Source: Octopus sinensis
Lineage: Eukaryota
Reading direction: 5' to 3'
DNA: 64,000 nt
Assembly (NCBI RefSeq): GCF_006345805.1
Contig: NC_042999.1
Coordinates: forward strand, 12,772,001-12,836,000
The notes under the pieces are model-generated. The model was not told where the DNA came from. It made no database searches and worked only from the letters and a program-made list of their open reading frames with translations. This document shows positions 36,280 to 49,092 of the stretch, one piece after another; the first letter of the stretch is position 1, and the number at the start of each line of letters is the position of its first letter. The translations under genes were made by a program, and so were the position numbers.

Positions 36280-36869
36280 AATTAACGCAATATATCTGAT
36301 TAATAATATCTGCTTTGATTGTGCAGTGGTGGTGGGCGATAATAAATCACCGTTCTAAAAGACCTGTGGCGGATATATTTAAACTTTTGCGGCTGTCAAC
36401 GTTTTCTCTCTATAGATACAGACAGACGTACAATGAGAGAGGTGGTGGGAGAAAGAGTGACAGAGACACGGCGAAGGCGGAAAGGGAATGAGAGTGGAAG
36501 CTGTTAAATGTCGTTATAGAGAGAAAGTGGAAGGAAGGAAGGAAATAGAGAGATCAAGGAAGACAGGGTGATATCCAAAAGAGAGAAACGACAAACACTT
36601 GTCAAAGTCTGGGTTTTGTTGCCCTAGTAACCGCATCTTTCCAGATGACGAGTTTTAACCTACTCAATTCTCTGCCTCATCACCTCTTTTCAGAAACAAC
36701 AACAATAATAATAATAATAATTATTATTATTATTTAACTGCAGGTTTTAAAGCAGTTAAATAATAATAATAACGTATGTGTCAATTTTCAGCCCAATCTG
36801 ACCACTGGTCTGGCCGCCAACTTCAAAATGTGCACACAATTTTGACCCAAAGCCGCTTTTATATATATA
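35492..36869 (-). mobile_element. Non-autonomous Helitron-like element
   Basis: Minus strand ends in CTAG with a GC hairpin (35506-35522) 10 nt upstream; 5' end (A)TATATATAAAAG; inserted between A and T with no TSD; internal microsatellites. Confidence 0.75.
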
Positions 36870-37537
36870 TAATTACAGAGGTATATATATAATTACAGAG
36901 GTATCAAGTTGTTGGATCAGGTAATGAAGGTCATGCAGAGGGTCATAGCCCAACTAATTAGGGAGAGAGTCAGTCAAGATGAGATGCAGTTTGGGTTCAT
37001 GCCAGGGAGAAGCACCACTGATGCTATATTTCAGGACAGCTGCAGGAGAAATAACTAGCCGAAGCTAAATCTCTGTACCTGGCTTTTGTTGCCATGGAGG
37101 AAGCCTTTGACAGGGTCCCCCAATCCCTTATCTGGTGGTCAATGAGGAAACTAGGGATAGAGGAAGGGTTAGTGAGAGCTGTGCAAGCCATGTACAGGGA
37201 TGCTGTCAGTAAGGTGAGGGTTGGCAATGAGTACAAGGAAGAATTCTGGGTAGGGATCCACCAAGGATCAGTCCTCAGCCCTCTCTTGTTCATCATAGTC
37301 CTCCAGGCAATAACAGAGGAATTCAAGACAGGATTTCCTTGGGAGCTCCTCTATGCTGATGACCTTGCTCTAATTGCTGAGTCACTATCAGAACTGGAGG
37401 AGAAGTTTCAGGTGTGGAATCAAGGATTAGAATCGAAGGGCCTTAGAGTCGACCTAGCTAAAACCAAAGTCTGAATAAGTAGTAAAGCAGACAAATCTCA
37501 AATCCCTTTAGGTAGATGGCCCCGCTCAATCTGTAGA

Positions 37538-37777
37538 TTGAAGGTGGCGAGCTGGCAGAAATGTTAGCATGTTGGGCAAAATGCCTAGTGGTATTTTGTC
37601 TGTCTTTACGTTCTGAGTTCAAATTTCACCGAGGTCGACTTTACCTTTCATCCTCTCGGGGTTGATAAATTGAGTACCAGTTACGCACTGGGGTCGATGT
37701 AATCGACTTAATCCCTTTGTCTGTCCTTGTTTGTCCCCTCTCTGTTTAGCTCCTTGTGGGCAATAAAGAAATAAGAA
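37538..37777 (+). mobile_element. tRNA-derived SINE with Meta/MESC-like core, inserted in the RTE
   Basis: ggcgagctggcagaa head, gagttcaaat B-box-like string, core cctttcatcctctcggggttgataaattgagtacc, aataagaa tail. Related partial copies at about 2820-2975, 32400-32610 and 52730-52930. Confidence 0.8.
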
Positions 37778-39606
37778 AAGTTGTAGGTAGAAACTCCATA
37801 AGATGTACCCGATGTAAGCTTTGGACACATAAGAAGTGCAGCAATATCAAAGGAAAGCTAACTAGGAAGATAGTTCTTGTGTGTGGCAAATGCACAGGCA
37901 ATAAACACTGAAACTGTGCAGAGAACAGCTTCTGTCACATTCCAGGGGGAAAAACTACAAGCAGTTGATAGCTTCTGTTACCTAGGTGACCAAGTCAGTA
38001 GTGAGGGTGGATGGTCTGAGTGTAACTGCTAGAATAAGAATAGCCTGGGCAAGATTTAAAGACTTCCTACCACTGCTGGTGACAAAGGGCCTCTCACTCA
38101 GTGTAAAAGGTAGACTGTATGACGCATGTGTACGAACAGCCATGCTACACGGTAGTGAAACATGGGCCGTGACTCCTGAAGACATGCATAAGCTTGCAAG
38201 GAATGAAGCCAGTACGCTCTGATGGATGTGTAATGTCAGTGTGCATGCTCAACAGAGTGTAAGCACCCTGAGAGAAAAGTTGGATTTAAGAAGCAGCATA
38301 TGTGGTGTGCAAGAGAGATGACTGTGCTGGTATGGTCATGTGTTGCGAATGAATGAGGACACCTGTGTGAAAAAGTGTCACACCCTAGCAGGTGAGGGAA
38401 CCTGTGGAAGAGGTAGACCTGGGATGAGGTGGTGAAGCACGATCTTTGAACATTGGGCCTTACCGAGGCAATGACTAGTGACCAAGACCTTTGGAATGCT
38501 GTGCTTGAGAAGACCCGACAAGCTAAGTGAGACCATAACCAGTGGGTGTGACCAGCCCACTTATGAGTACCCCTCATTCATTGGACAATAAATTTTGCTT
38601 ATGAAGACCTGTTGAGGCAAGTGAAATCAAAATCGCTGATGTGGCCAATGACAGTATCGCCAGTGGAACATTAAAAGCACCATCTAAGCGTGATCGTTGC
38701 CAGGGTCACTGATTGGCTCCTGTGCCAGTGGAAAGTAAAAAGCACCATTTGAGCATGATCGTTGCCAGTGTCGCCTTACTGGCACATGAAAAACAACATT
38801 CGAGCGTGGTCGTTGCCAGTGTTGCCTGATTGGCTCCCATGTAGGTAGCATGTAAAAAAAACACCTTTTGAGCATGGTTGTTGTCAGAACCACCTGAAGT
38901 GCCCTTGTGCCAGTGCCATGTAAAAGCACCCACTACACTCTCGGAGTGGTTGGTGTTCGGAAGGGCATTGAGCTGTAGAAACTCTGTCAGATCAGATTGG
39001 AGCCTGGTGCAGCCATCTGGTTCACCAGTCCTCAGTCAAACCGTCCAACCCATGCCAGCATAGAAAGCAGATTTTAAAAGACGACGATGATGAAAGCCTT
39101 GCCTGTTCCAGGAGGAACACTATGCCTTAAAAAAAAAGGAGAGGATGGTATTGAGTGGAATTATTTAAACACAGTTAACCCAACGAAAAGTGTATTTATT
39201 ACATGTACAACACACGATACTTTTGACTAGATTTGAATTTATAATTCCTGACCGACTCATCTCTTTAAACTCTGTGTTTCCACCTCTTAACACACAAACT
39301 AAAATTTGTGTGCGAGTCCAATTTTTATTTTGTACTTTTTCACAAACTTTTAGTTGCCACATTTCTATTTAAAAGCATTGTTTCAATTAATTTTGAAAAT
39401 AATGAAGAATTTCAGAAAGTAATTTTGTCATTCTTAAGCTGGTGATTGAAGCAAAGTAACATGAAATTTTGATGGAAGAAGATTTTAATTTCAATCACTT
39501 TAAAACAAGAAATTTGTATCATAGAATCAGGGGGCAGTCTCTTAAGGGGTTTTGTAGCAGAAGATTAAAATATCGTTTTGTTTTTTACATAAAAAAGAAT
39601 TCTTAC

Positions 39607-39725
39607 TTGAAGAGATGTCCAGTGATTTCATTGCGAACCAACACATACTCGACCAGCCATTTGGGGCTCATCCCACTGTTATCATGTCCAATTCGAAGAG
39701 TGGTCAAAATGCCAAGGTTTTTGTG
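39607..39725 (-). CDS. DENND5: DENND5 exon, PLAT ([18 protein letters not shown]...[16 protein letters not shown])
   Basis: atttttag acceptor, gtaaga donor, 119 nt, phase 0-2. Confidence 0.95.
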
Positions 39726-40109
39726 CTAAAAATAAAAACAATAGGTTTTAAAATAAAGTTGTTTGCTAAGAAACTTTCCTCAGAGAACATTCGACACAAT
39801 TTTAGTAGACATTTTGCTTTTATACGTATGGTAGGTGCAAGAGTGGCTGTGTCATTAAGATGATTGCTCTCCAACCATGTGGGTTGAGGTTCTGATAGAC
39901 AGAAACTCAAAAGAAACCCATTGAGGGTATCTGTGTATATATCATAATTCAATAGCATCCAGCTGGCCTGACGGTTGCAGTCGTCTTCAATGTCTGCTTT
40001 GGCATGTTTTTTACACTTTACATAGTCTACTGGATGGTTTTTTTTTGTGGCATGTGTATGCTCACACACACACACACACCCACACACATGTATACATTCA
40101 GCAGTATCT

Positions 40110-40303
40110 GTACCAAGCAGTGTTTAGGCAAAAGTGAAGTTTAGATTAGTTAAAATACATTTGTGACATATTTCTACTTCTAAAGGTAAATTCACTGTGA
40201 CAATTTTCAACTTTTATCATAAAAGAGAATTTTTTCTTCATGGTAACTGCAAACATATTTTAGCTAACCATAAGTTTGCTTATACCTAAGCACTGCTTGG
40301 TGC
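40110..40303. mobile_element. MITE-like element with about 30-bp imperfect terminal inverted repeats
   Basis: accaagcagtgtttagg at 40112 versus cctaagcactgcttggt ending 40301; no clear TSD. Confidence 0.5.
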
Positions 40304-42164
40304 CAAATTCTTGAATTTCTTGTGACCTAACAGTCTAATGGTGCAACTTAGTCAATGTTGTTGACTGTCTTTTAGGTAAGGCTATGGCTTTAAATCTGCC
40401 CAGATTTACCTCTCTTTGGTACTTCCCATTGATAACAGATAAAGAACAAGAAATGCTGTTTCTAGGAATGCAACACTGGGCAAATATAGTATTTTTACAC
40501 CTTTCTTTTTGAATATTTTCTCCAGGATAACTGCAGTAAATTTATCTTTATAAGTACGTAACACTATAGAATGCCATAGAATGGAGACATTTCCATGTCA
40601 AAATAAATATTTTCTGAGAAAAATTATGATTCATTTGAAAGTTCTGGATGTGAAGTTTATTTTCATATAGTTTTAATTAAAATCCAACGGTTACAAATCA
40701 TGTCAACGTCCCTCACCTTAGTTCAATGCACTTGAGTACCATAACTCAAGTTGTGTTAAAAATCATACTATCATGAAAAGGAAGGTTTTCGCTTTATTTT
40801 GATATAAAAATTGATGGAAGTAGGTCAGACAATCAGAATGAAATATAAAAATTAAAATTTCATTGTTAATTTTCACTTAGAAAAGGACATATTTTCCTCA
40901 AGATTTTTATATCATGAGAAAAAAATTTCTCATGAATTCAATGTAGTCATTGATAATTCTGGCCATGATGTAGCTAAAAAGCACAAAGTGAGTAAAGAGG
41001 GTGGCATACTGACCCTACTTGCCAAACTGACAGGTTTCATCTGTGGAAAAAGGTCAAACAGAACACAAATCCAAGGTTTCAAATATCAAGTTTGAGCCAG
41101 AATTTCAAGAAAAACAGGAGCTAATTACTAAATATTTCTACAAAAAATGCACTAAACTGATCCCAAGTCCAGCATGATGTCATTATATTGAGAATGTTGT
41201 TTATTCCTTCTTGCTGTTTTAATATGTGGAGATCTTGTAGGCAAATCAAGTGGATATTCTTGTACATGTAAATTTCATTTTTCTTTGAGAAATATTGGTC
41301 AAATTCCACGAATAAAAATTATATTGTGCAATGAATATAATTTTGTAGACTATTAAAGTCAGATGTCATGTTTATTTTTTTCTGATTTTGAATACTGTCA
41401 AGATAACTTGCATCAGTGTTTACATATTTTTAAAGTTTTTTTCCTCTCTCTTTTTTCATAAAAAGCTTACCCCCATGATTTAAAGACTGATGCTAAAAAA
41501 AAAAGAATTTGGAAAAATTCCTGTAAAAATGGAGAAAATCCAACTTAAGTAGGTGCCCTGATTCGAAACTGCCTTTTACAAAAGACCATTAAAATTATAT
41601 TACACTGGTGTCATGTCCCAAAATATCAGGATTCATTTACCTCCATACCTATTACAAATGTGCTAAACTCAATTTCTTGTGGCTTGCAGTTTTGAATTTA
41701 GCTAGGTCTGGAAACACTGCAAAATGGACCATTTGTTACAAATAACAAAATAGGCTTTACATAAATATCTAAAATATTGCCAAAAGGGGAAAAAAGTTTT
41801 CTTTCCAACAACCTGAAAAAAAATAAGACAACTACTATACCACGGTCACTATTAATTTGTATCATTTGAAGATGATTATCACCTGTTTCAAAGTTATGAC
41901 ATCACAAATACTTATTCATTTAGGTTAATTTAGGCAAGATTCCAATCAATTTGCTGACCATTCAAATTATCAGGTTTCTTAAAATATTCATTCAAATTTC
42001 TCAAATGAGGTATCAAAACATTTCATTTTGGATGCTCTCCAAGAAAACATACAGTAAAAATTACATTTAAATACTTTTAAAACTTCATAGTAACACCTAT
42101 TATAAGTTGGAATGTGTCACATACATATTTCAACTAACCTAAAGTTTGCATGCATATATACCTG

Positions 42165-43700
42165 ACAACTGGTGAAGCAGCACCATAGAAATAATTACAG
42201 GGGTATCAAACTGCTGGACCAGGTAATGAAGGTTACAGAGAGGATCATATCACAACTAATTAGAAAGAGAGTTAGTGTAGGTGAGATGCAGTTTGGTTTT
42301 GTGCCAGGGAGAAGCACAACCGATGCTATATTCCTGGTAAGGCAACTTCAGAAGTATTTAGCTAAAAGTAGACCTCTGTACTTGGCATTTGTTGTTATGG
42401 AAAAAGCCTCTGACAGGGTCACCTGCTCTTTTATCAGGTGGTCACTGCAGAAGCTAGGGATAGATGAGTGGATAGTGAGAGTGGTACAAGCCATGTATAG
42501 GGATGCTGCCAGTAAGGTGAAGATTGGCAATAAGTATAGCAATGAATTCAGTGTAAAGGTAGGAGTTCACCAAGGATCAGTTCTCAGCCACCTCTTGTTT
42601 AGCATAGTCCTCCAGGCCATAACAGGAATTTAAGACTGGCTGGCCCTGGGAGCTCGTCTACGCTAATGACCTTGTTCTTATACCTGAATCACTGCTTCCA
42701 CACCTGAAATTTCCTCTCTAGGTCAGGTAAAGTCTGGAATCTAGGAGCCTTAGAGTTAATTTAGCAAAGACCAAAGTTCTAGTAAGTAGGAAAAGAGACA
42801 AATCACAAGTCATCTCAGGTAGATGACCCTGCTCGACATGTAAGAAGGGTATTGGCACAAACTCCATATTTTGTATCCAGTGCACATGAGGTGTGGAGGT
42901 ATCACGGGAAAGTTGACAGAGAAATATTCTTTGTATGTGGCAAATGTGTGGGTACATTAAGCACTAAAAATGTGCAAGAAAATAAACTACCTCAAACGCT
43001 TGGTTGGGGGTGGTCTTAGAAGTAGTAGGTAGCTTCTATTACCTAGGCAACCAAGTTAGCAGTAGAGGAGGAAGTCCTGAAAGCATAGTTGCTAAGATAA
43101 GAATGGGCTGGGTGACGTTCAGAGAGCTTCTACCTTTGTTGGTAACTAAGGGCCTCTCACTCAGAGTGAAAAGCAGATTGTATGATATCTGTGTACATAC
43201 AGCTATTTTATATGGCAGTGAAACATGGGCTTTGACTACAGAGGACTTGTGAAGACTTGAATGAAATGAAGCCAGCATGCTCTGCCGGATGGGTAATGTC
43301 AGTGTGCATATATGACAGAGTGTAAGTGATTTAAGAGGAAAACTGGGTATAAGAGGCATCAGATGCTGTGTGCAAATGACAACGGACCGGGAGATGTGGT
43401 GCTTTGCTGTGCCTGATAAGATGCGTCAAGCTAAATAAAATCCCTGTCTTCCACACATACAGGCTTGTCCTTTCAGGTGCCACTTAAAAAGCACACCTGT
43501 GCTGGTGCTATACAAATGCACCCAGCAAACTCTATTAAGTGGCTGGTGTCAGGAAGGGCATCCAGCCTTAGAAACCATGCTGAAACAGACAACTGCAGTT
43601 TGGACGAACGTCCGGCAGCTGGCCAAATCCTGTCAAACCATCCAACCCATACCAGCATGGAAAATGGATGTTAAAAATGACGATGAGGATGATGATATAT
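42165..43700 (+). mobile_element. RTE LINE fragment (RT, degenerate PHD-type finger, tail)
   Basis: ORF 42172..42633: NYRGIKLLDQVMKV, QFGFVPGRSTTDAIF, VGVHQGSVLS; ORF 43004..43252. Confidence 0.92.
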
Positions 43701-44391
43701 ACTCTTTTACTTGTTTCAGTCATTTTGACTGCGGCCATGTTAGAGCACCACCTTTAGTTGAGCAAATCGACCCCAGGACTTATTCTTTGTAAGCCTAGTA
43801 CTTATTCTATCGATCTCTTTTGATGAACCTCTAAGTTACGGGGACGTAAACACACCAGCATAGGTTGTCAAGCGATGTTGGGGGGACAAACACAGACACA
43901 CAAACATATATATATATATATATATGCGTGCACCATCTGAGTGTGATCATTGCCAGAGCGGCTAACTGGCACTTGTACTGGTGGCATGTGTAAAAACATT
44001 CAAGCGAGGTTGTTGCCAGTACTGCCTGACTGGCCCCTGTGCAAGTGGCACGTAAAAGCACCCACTACACTCTTGGAGTGGTTGGCATTAGGAAGGGCAT
44101 CCAGCTGTAGAAACTCTGCCAGATCAAGACTGGAGCCTGGTGCAGCCATCTGGTTCGCCAGTCCTCAGTCAAATCGTCCAACCCATGCTAGCTTGGAAAG
44201 CGGATGTTAAACGATGATGATGATGGATGACGAGGCTTCTTTCAGTTTCCGTCTACCAAATCCACTCACAAGGCTTTGGTGAGCCCAAGGCTATTGTAGA
44301 AGACACTTGCCCAAGGTGCCACGCAGTAGGACTGAACTCAGAACCATGTGGTTGGTAAGCAAGCTACTTACCACACAGCCACTCCTGTGCC
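43700..44391 (-). mobile_element. tRNA-headed SINE (head 44226-44391, tail 43700-43920) split by an RTE-tail element at 43926-44225
   Basis: Head ggcacaggagtggctgtgtggtaagtagc...ggttctgagttcagtcc; the insertion sits in the central (TA)n tract. Confidence 0.8.
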
Positions 44392-45464
44392 TATTTATAC
44401 ATATATGCAGAATACTTCCTGCATATATAGCTAGATGTATGACTGCTACTGGTGTGTCAACATAATGAAATAAAGTGTTTCTCTGAAGAACTGTTGTGGA
44501 TCTGCATCCGACTGCAGACAATACAAATAACCACAATGGTAAAACGTGTGTAGGGAACAAATGCTATAAATTGCATTTTGTGTTTATCATAGTTTTGCTT
44601 CTTATATATATATATATATATATCATCATCCTTTTCATGTCTGCTTTGCATGCTTGTGTGGGTTGGACATTTTAAGAAGAGCCAACAAATTAGAAGACTC
44701 TGCCTTGCTCCACTGTCTCAGCTTTGGCATGGTTTTTATGGTTGGATGGCTTTCCTCAACACCAACCACTTCAGTGTTATTGTTGTAAAGGAGATTCATG
44801 GTCACCTCCTTTTGTACCTGGGTGAATGGAGGTGGCTGGATTGGTGCCAGAAAGAGAGAAATATGGTGATGCTAATGTAGCAGGACATGTCCCAAAGGAG
44901 AATAAAGACAACATGGTGACCGGAGAATCAGGGAAAGTGTGTGAGGTTGCAAGAGCTGGAGAGATGAATGGATATAAGCAAGGGCTGACATGGGGGTGAG
45001 TGAATGCAGTGAATGCAGGTGAACAGGAGTGAGTGTGGCTGATAGTAAATATGGGTCGGTAGAGAGCGATAAGAATGGGGAATGGATATCAACTGGGTAG
45101 CCATTCACCCCCGCCAAGCCCCATACACACAGTTTGCTTAGTGAATGGTGGGGAGTCACTCCCTGCTAGTCAACTGTGAGTAAATTTATGGAGTTCTTAT
45201 GTAATTTATCCAACATAATCATTTCTATGTTATGTCGTTTGAAGCAGAAACAATATGAAAGTAATGCTCTACCGATTCTGGAATAAGTAATTCTCAGCAT
45301 ATTTCATACTTTCTTTGTATTGTATTGATTTAGGTTCTTTAATTTGATCAAGCGAGCTTTTAGGTGAGAGCTACGACTTAGCTTGTTAATTTTGTGATAT
45401 AAGGTAAATATCTTTTACACACACACACACACACAGCACATTAAAAAAACAAAACGAATCCAAC

Positions 45465-45610
45465 CTCAGATGTATATTCCAGGCATCCTTTTGGAATTTC
45501 TATAACTCCTGTTTCTCCAATTTGTCCAGCTAAACTGATCCAAGGGTTTGCACTGGTTGTGAAGCAGCCAAACTTGGTACTTGGGTAAATTAATACTTTG
45601 TAAGGAACAA
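45465..45610 (-). CDS. DENND5: DENND5 exon, PLAT start (VPYKVLIYPS...ANPWISLAGQIGETG)
   Basis: ttattttcag acceptor, gttgga donor, 146 nt, phase 1-0. Confidence 0.93.
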
Positions 45611-46372
45611 CTGAAAATAAAAAATAAAATAGTTTTCACTAACAGATGTCACAGTGATACACATTTTGTATCTCTAATCTCCTAAATTAGAAAAATAATT
45701 ATCTGGATTGGTTTTGGTAACGTTCCAAAGGTGCCTTAATAAAGTTATCAGGCAAATTAAAAAAAAACAAGAATATAACAGTAAACAAAGGGTAGGGGTG
45801 TGCAGTTATACTGAATATGTTTGTGAACGCTCAACTGTTAAAAGAAGTTTGCTGCAAAAACTGTCTTTGGAGAATTTCTTTCCAGGGAATGGTTTTACAG
45901 CAATGATCCTTCAATGCTTGAGTGTGCATGAATTGGTTAAATATAATTATGCACACTTACATTCTTAATCATTGCTGCTTAATGAGCTTCTCATTAATTC
46001 CAGCTTGGCAAAGCTTTGCACACACCAGCAAATTTACTATTTGCTGTTTAAATATAAGAAGAGCAGTTCTTCATGGGCTGAGAACGACAGATCCAGGGCC
46101 TGCGGAATACAAGTCCTACGGTCTGATGATGTCATTCATGGCCCAATTTTCTCAGTAGTGGTCTTTCCATGTTTGAATGAAGACGTGTGTTAAATAGAAT
46201 TAATTGTATACATCTATATTTCAGTCATTGCTGTTTAATGTGCTTTTAATTAATTAACCAAAAAGTGATTTAATGAAAACTAATTAAGACAGCTTAATTA
46301 ATATTTCCAACTCTAGGCATGAAACAAGTTAAATAAATGGTGGATGTTGTAAGGCATAAAGGCTGTTCTTAC

Positions 46373-46623
46373 TGGTGTTGGTGAAGGTGTTTGTGAAGCA
46401 GAAATAATCAACAGCATTGAGAGAAAGAAGATGGTAGAGGAACTGCTCGCGTTCTTCTTCACAACGCATAAAGGCATAACGCTTATATAAGCTCTGCAAA
46501 AGCTTGGCATCTGATAGTAACTCCTTCAAGTGTGCTGATAATGTCTTTTTTTCCAGTGCCAGACGCACAAATGCCCTGGCAAATCCTACGTCGGTTTTTA
46601 TATCAGTCATTTGTTTTACTTTC
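46373..46623 (-). CDS. DENND5: DENND5 exon, RUN1 C-half ([14 protein letters not shown]...[12 protein letters not shown])
   Basis: ctttcag acceptor, gtaaga donor, 251 nt, phase 2-1; overlaps ORF 46329..46610. Confidence 0.97.
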
Positions 46624-47675
46624 CTGAAAGAAGCAAGAAAATAAAATAAAAATACGAATTCAGAACAGACAGAAAAATGCTTTCCAATTAATTATTCTAA
46701 CAACAAAATTACTGAGGATTCTAAAGCAATAGTCGTGTCAAACTTAATACCAAAATGTTGATACACAGCAACAGATATGAAATCATCATCCTTATCATCC
46801 ATGACGGGATGGATTGGATTCTTTGACACGATCCGAAGACCACGTAGTGCTCCAATGTCTGCTTTGGCATGGTTTCTGTGGTGGAATCCTTTCCTAATGC
46901 CAACCTCTTTACAGCATGCTCTGAGTGATTTTCCTACCACCAGTACCTGTGAGGTTGGCAAGTAGCTCACAAAACTACAGACCACATGGTGGTGGGGAAG
47001 CTTTATGCTAAGAGATGAGAGGAAGGAAGGGCCAAAGCAGAATAGATTATTTGCTGTAGAAGAACCTCATGACTTTTCACATTTTAGAAGAGAGGGTGGA
47101 GCTGGTGAGATTTTAAGCATTTATTATTTTTAAATGCTTTTGTCATTCAAACCTTTAACATGAATAAATAAATAATAAATATAACTTGTGTCTTTGGAGG
47201 GTCATTACACCAATAACATGCACTGGTTCAATATCACTTCTTTATTGTTAGTGAATTGGTTAAATATCTAACCAACTAATTGTTTGTTTAATATGCTGGT
47301 TAAGCAATCAATCTGTTGTTAGTCAAAGTTCTTTTGTTGCTTTCATGACCTTCTATGAATCTATATCATCATCATTTAACATTCACTTTTCCATGCTTCC
47401 ATGGGTCAGACAAAATTTGTTGAGGCAGATTTTTCTCAGGCCAAATGCCCTTCCTCTTTACAAAAAAATATTTCTCCATGATCAGACATGCTTTGCATGG
47501 AAGATTTAAAATCAATGACGTTGCTTGTTTGGCCTGAGGCCATAGTAGGAGACTCTTGTCCTAGATATCATGCACCATTAACTGTTGTTCCATTTTGTGC
47601 TTGAAAGGGTAAATTTTATGTTTTCTACAGAAACAAAGTCAGTCATTATCTTGTAACTAAAATCAAGCTACTTAC

Positions 47676-47802
47676 TTCACATCAAATGTTAAAGATTTTG
47701 GAAGTGGTTTCAACACAGGTAGCTCTGTGCCACCTTTACTTCTTGAACGACGATGAGTTGGGGCTGCAGGCTTTTCTTTCTCACCTTCAGCACTAACTGC
47801 AT
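47676..47802 (-). CDS. DENND5: DENND5 exon, RUN1 insert end (AVSAEGEKE...HRRSRS...PLPKSLTFDV)
   Basis: cctcccctag acceptor, gtaagt donor, 127 nt; phase 1-2 fits the next exon; aligns loosely with vertebrate RRKS...PPLRISLIQDM. Confidence 0.85.
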
Positions 47803-48735
47803 CTAGGGGAGGAAAGGTAGTTGTTGAACATTTATATAAAGCACACCGACAAAAACTATAGCTTTAAATGAATTACAATAAAGAATATTGGACATAAGAA
47901 AACATTTCATTCCTGATTTACGGAAGCCTGGAAAATTAAAATGTTCCAATTTAATTACAAACTTGAAATTCATGACAAAACTTATGGAAATTATAAAAGA
48001 AAACAGATATTGCTTTTCTGATAGTAAAATTGAAAATACTCTTGAAACAAAGTTATAGTCTAGAAACCTTACTTCAAAGTTATGATTCAACTAACTTGCT
48101 TTAAAGTCAGCCATTAGTATCATAATGGCTATTGTTAAAGCGTGCTTGTTGTACAATAAGAATTTTACCAGAAATCATAACTTCTTTTCTCATATTTCAC
48201 ACAATTTACACTACCAAAATGTCACATATATATATATATATGCATACATACAGACAGGGTCTTCAGGTAAGTAAGGAGTTGTAATTTGCCTGACAACTCC
48301 ATGCACCTACAAATATTCATTATATATATGTGTATGTTTTATAAAACAAAGGATGAATCATGCCATTTAAATTTACAGTTGATCTATGCTCTTCTTCATA
48401 AGATTAACATTACTTAAGATAATTAGTACAGTGTAAACAATTGATTTGAATATTTTATAAAAATTATCAATTCGTAAGAACATTTTCTTACTATTCTCCT
48501 TCCAAAATGGTAACAAAAGAAGAAAAAAATGCCAGTTAAATTTGGTAGAAAGTCAGAAGATGACTGTGGTGAAGCTGGAATAATAAAAGTTTAACTAACT
48601 TGGAAAGAGATCAAAGTCACAAGTGGTGAGATTACAGAGTTGATAATCAGTCTAACGATGCAATATAAAAGGAGAAGAACAATAAAACTAAAAAACAAAA
48701 GAACAATGTGAACATTCATCAAATGTCTACAAAAT

Positions 48736-48810
48736 TTATATTGTTTACACCTGTTATATTGTATACACCTGTTATATTGTATACACCTGTTATATTGTAT
48801 ACACCTGTTA
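48736..48810. repeat. 18-bp tandem repeat, about 4.2 copies (ttatattgtatacacctg)
   Basis: Read directly; one mismatch in the first copy. Confidence 0.95.
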
Positions 48811-49054
48811 AGGGAAATGAGAAGAATGTGAATTAATAATTAAAACAATTAACCAACATTGATATATTGTTAATGAAGCTAATTAGATAAATTTAAAATG
48901 GCAAACTGGATTATTTTTGTAATTTGTTTGGGCAGGGATCAGATTAGAAGTTGAGAGAGCTAGAAAATGATTAAGCCAGCAGCTAAGGTGGAAAATCAGA
49001 ATAGTTATAGCTATCACATGGGAAGGAATTCTAAAGCAGTAGCTATATACATAC

Positions 49055-49092
<38 letters not shown>

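Larger units (their letters stand above)
35222..39093 (+). mobile_element. RTE LINE (RT through 3' tail) interrupted by a Helitron and a SINE
   Basis: KGMKTGKALGPSG...KGDTLD, then NYRGIKLLDQVMK, QFGFMPG.ST.DA, KAFDRVP, HQGSVLSPLLF, LLYADDL; 3' tandem units and family tail. Confidence 0.92.

Noticed and set aside
38640-38935. Repeat-spacer-like array resembling CRISPR
   Set aside because: Units are degenerate, the intervening parts are also repeated, they sit in an RTE 3' UTR in a eukaryote, and there are no cas genes.
44226-44391. tRNA gene
   Set aside because: A- and B-box-like head only; no full cloverleaf; it continues into SINE body and has many copies.
46081-46190. Hammerhead or box C/D snoRNA around CTGATGA
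   Set aside because: No GAAA partner strand, no terminal stem and no proper C/D pairing on the transcribed strand.
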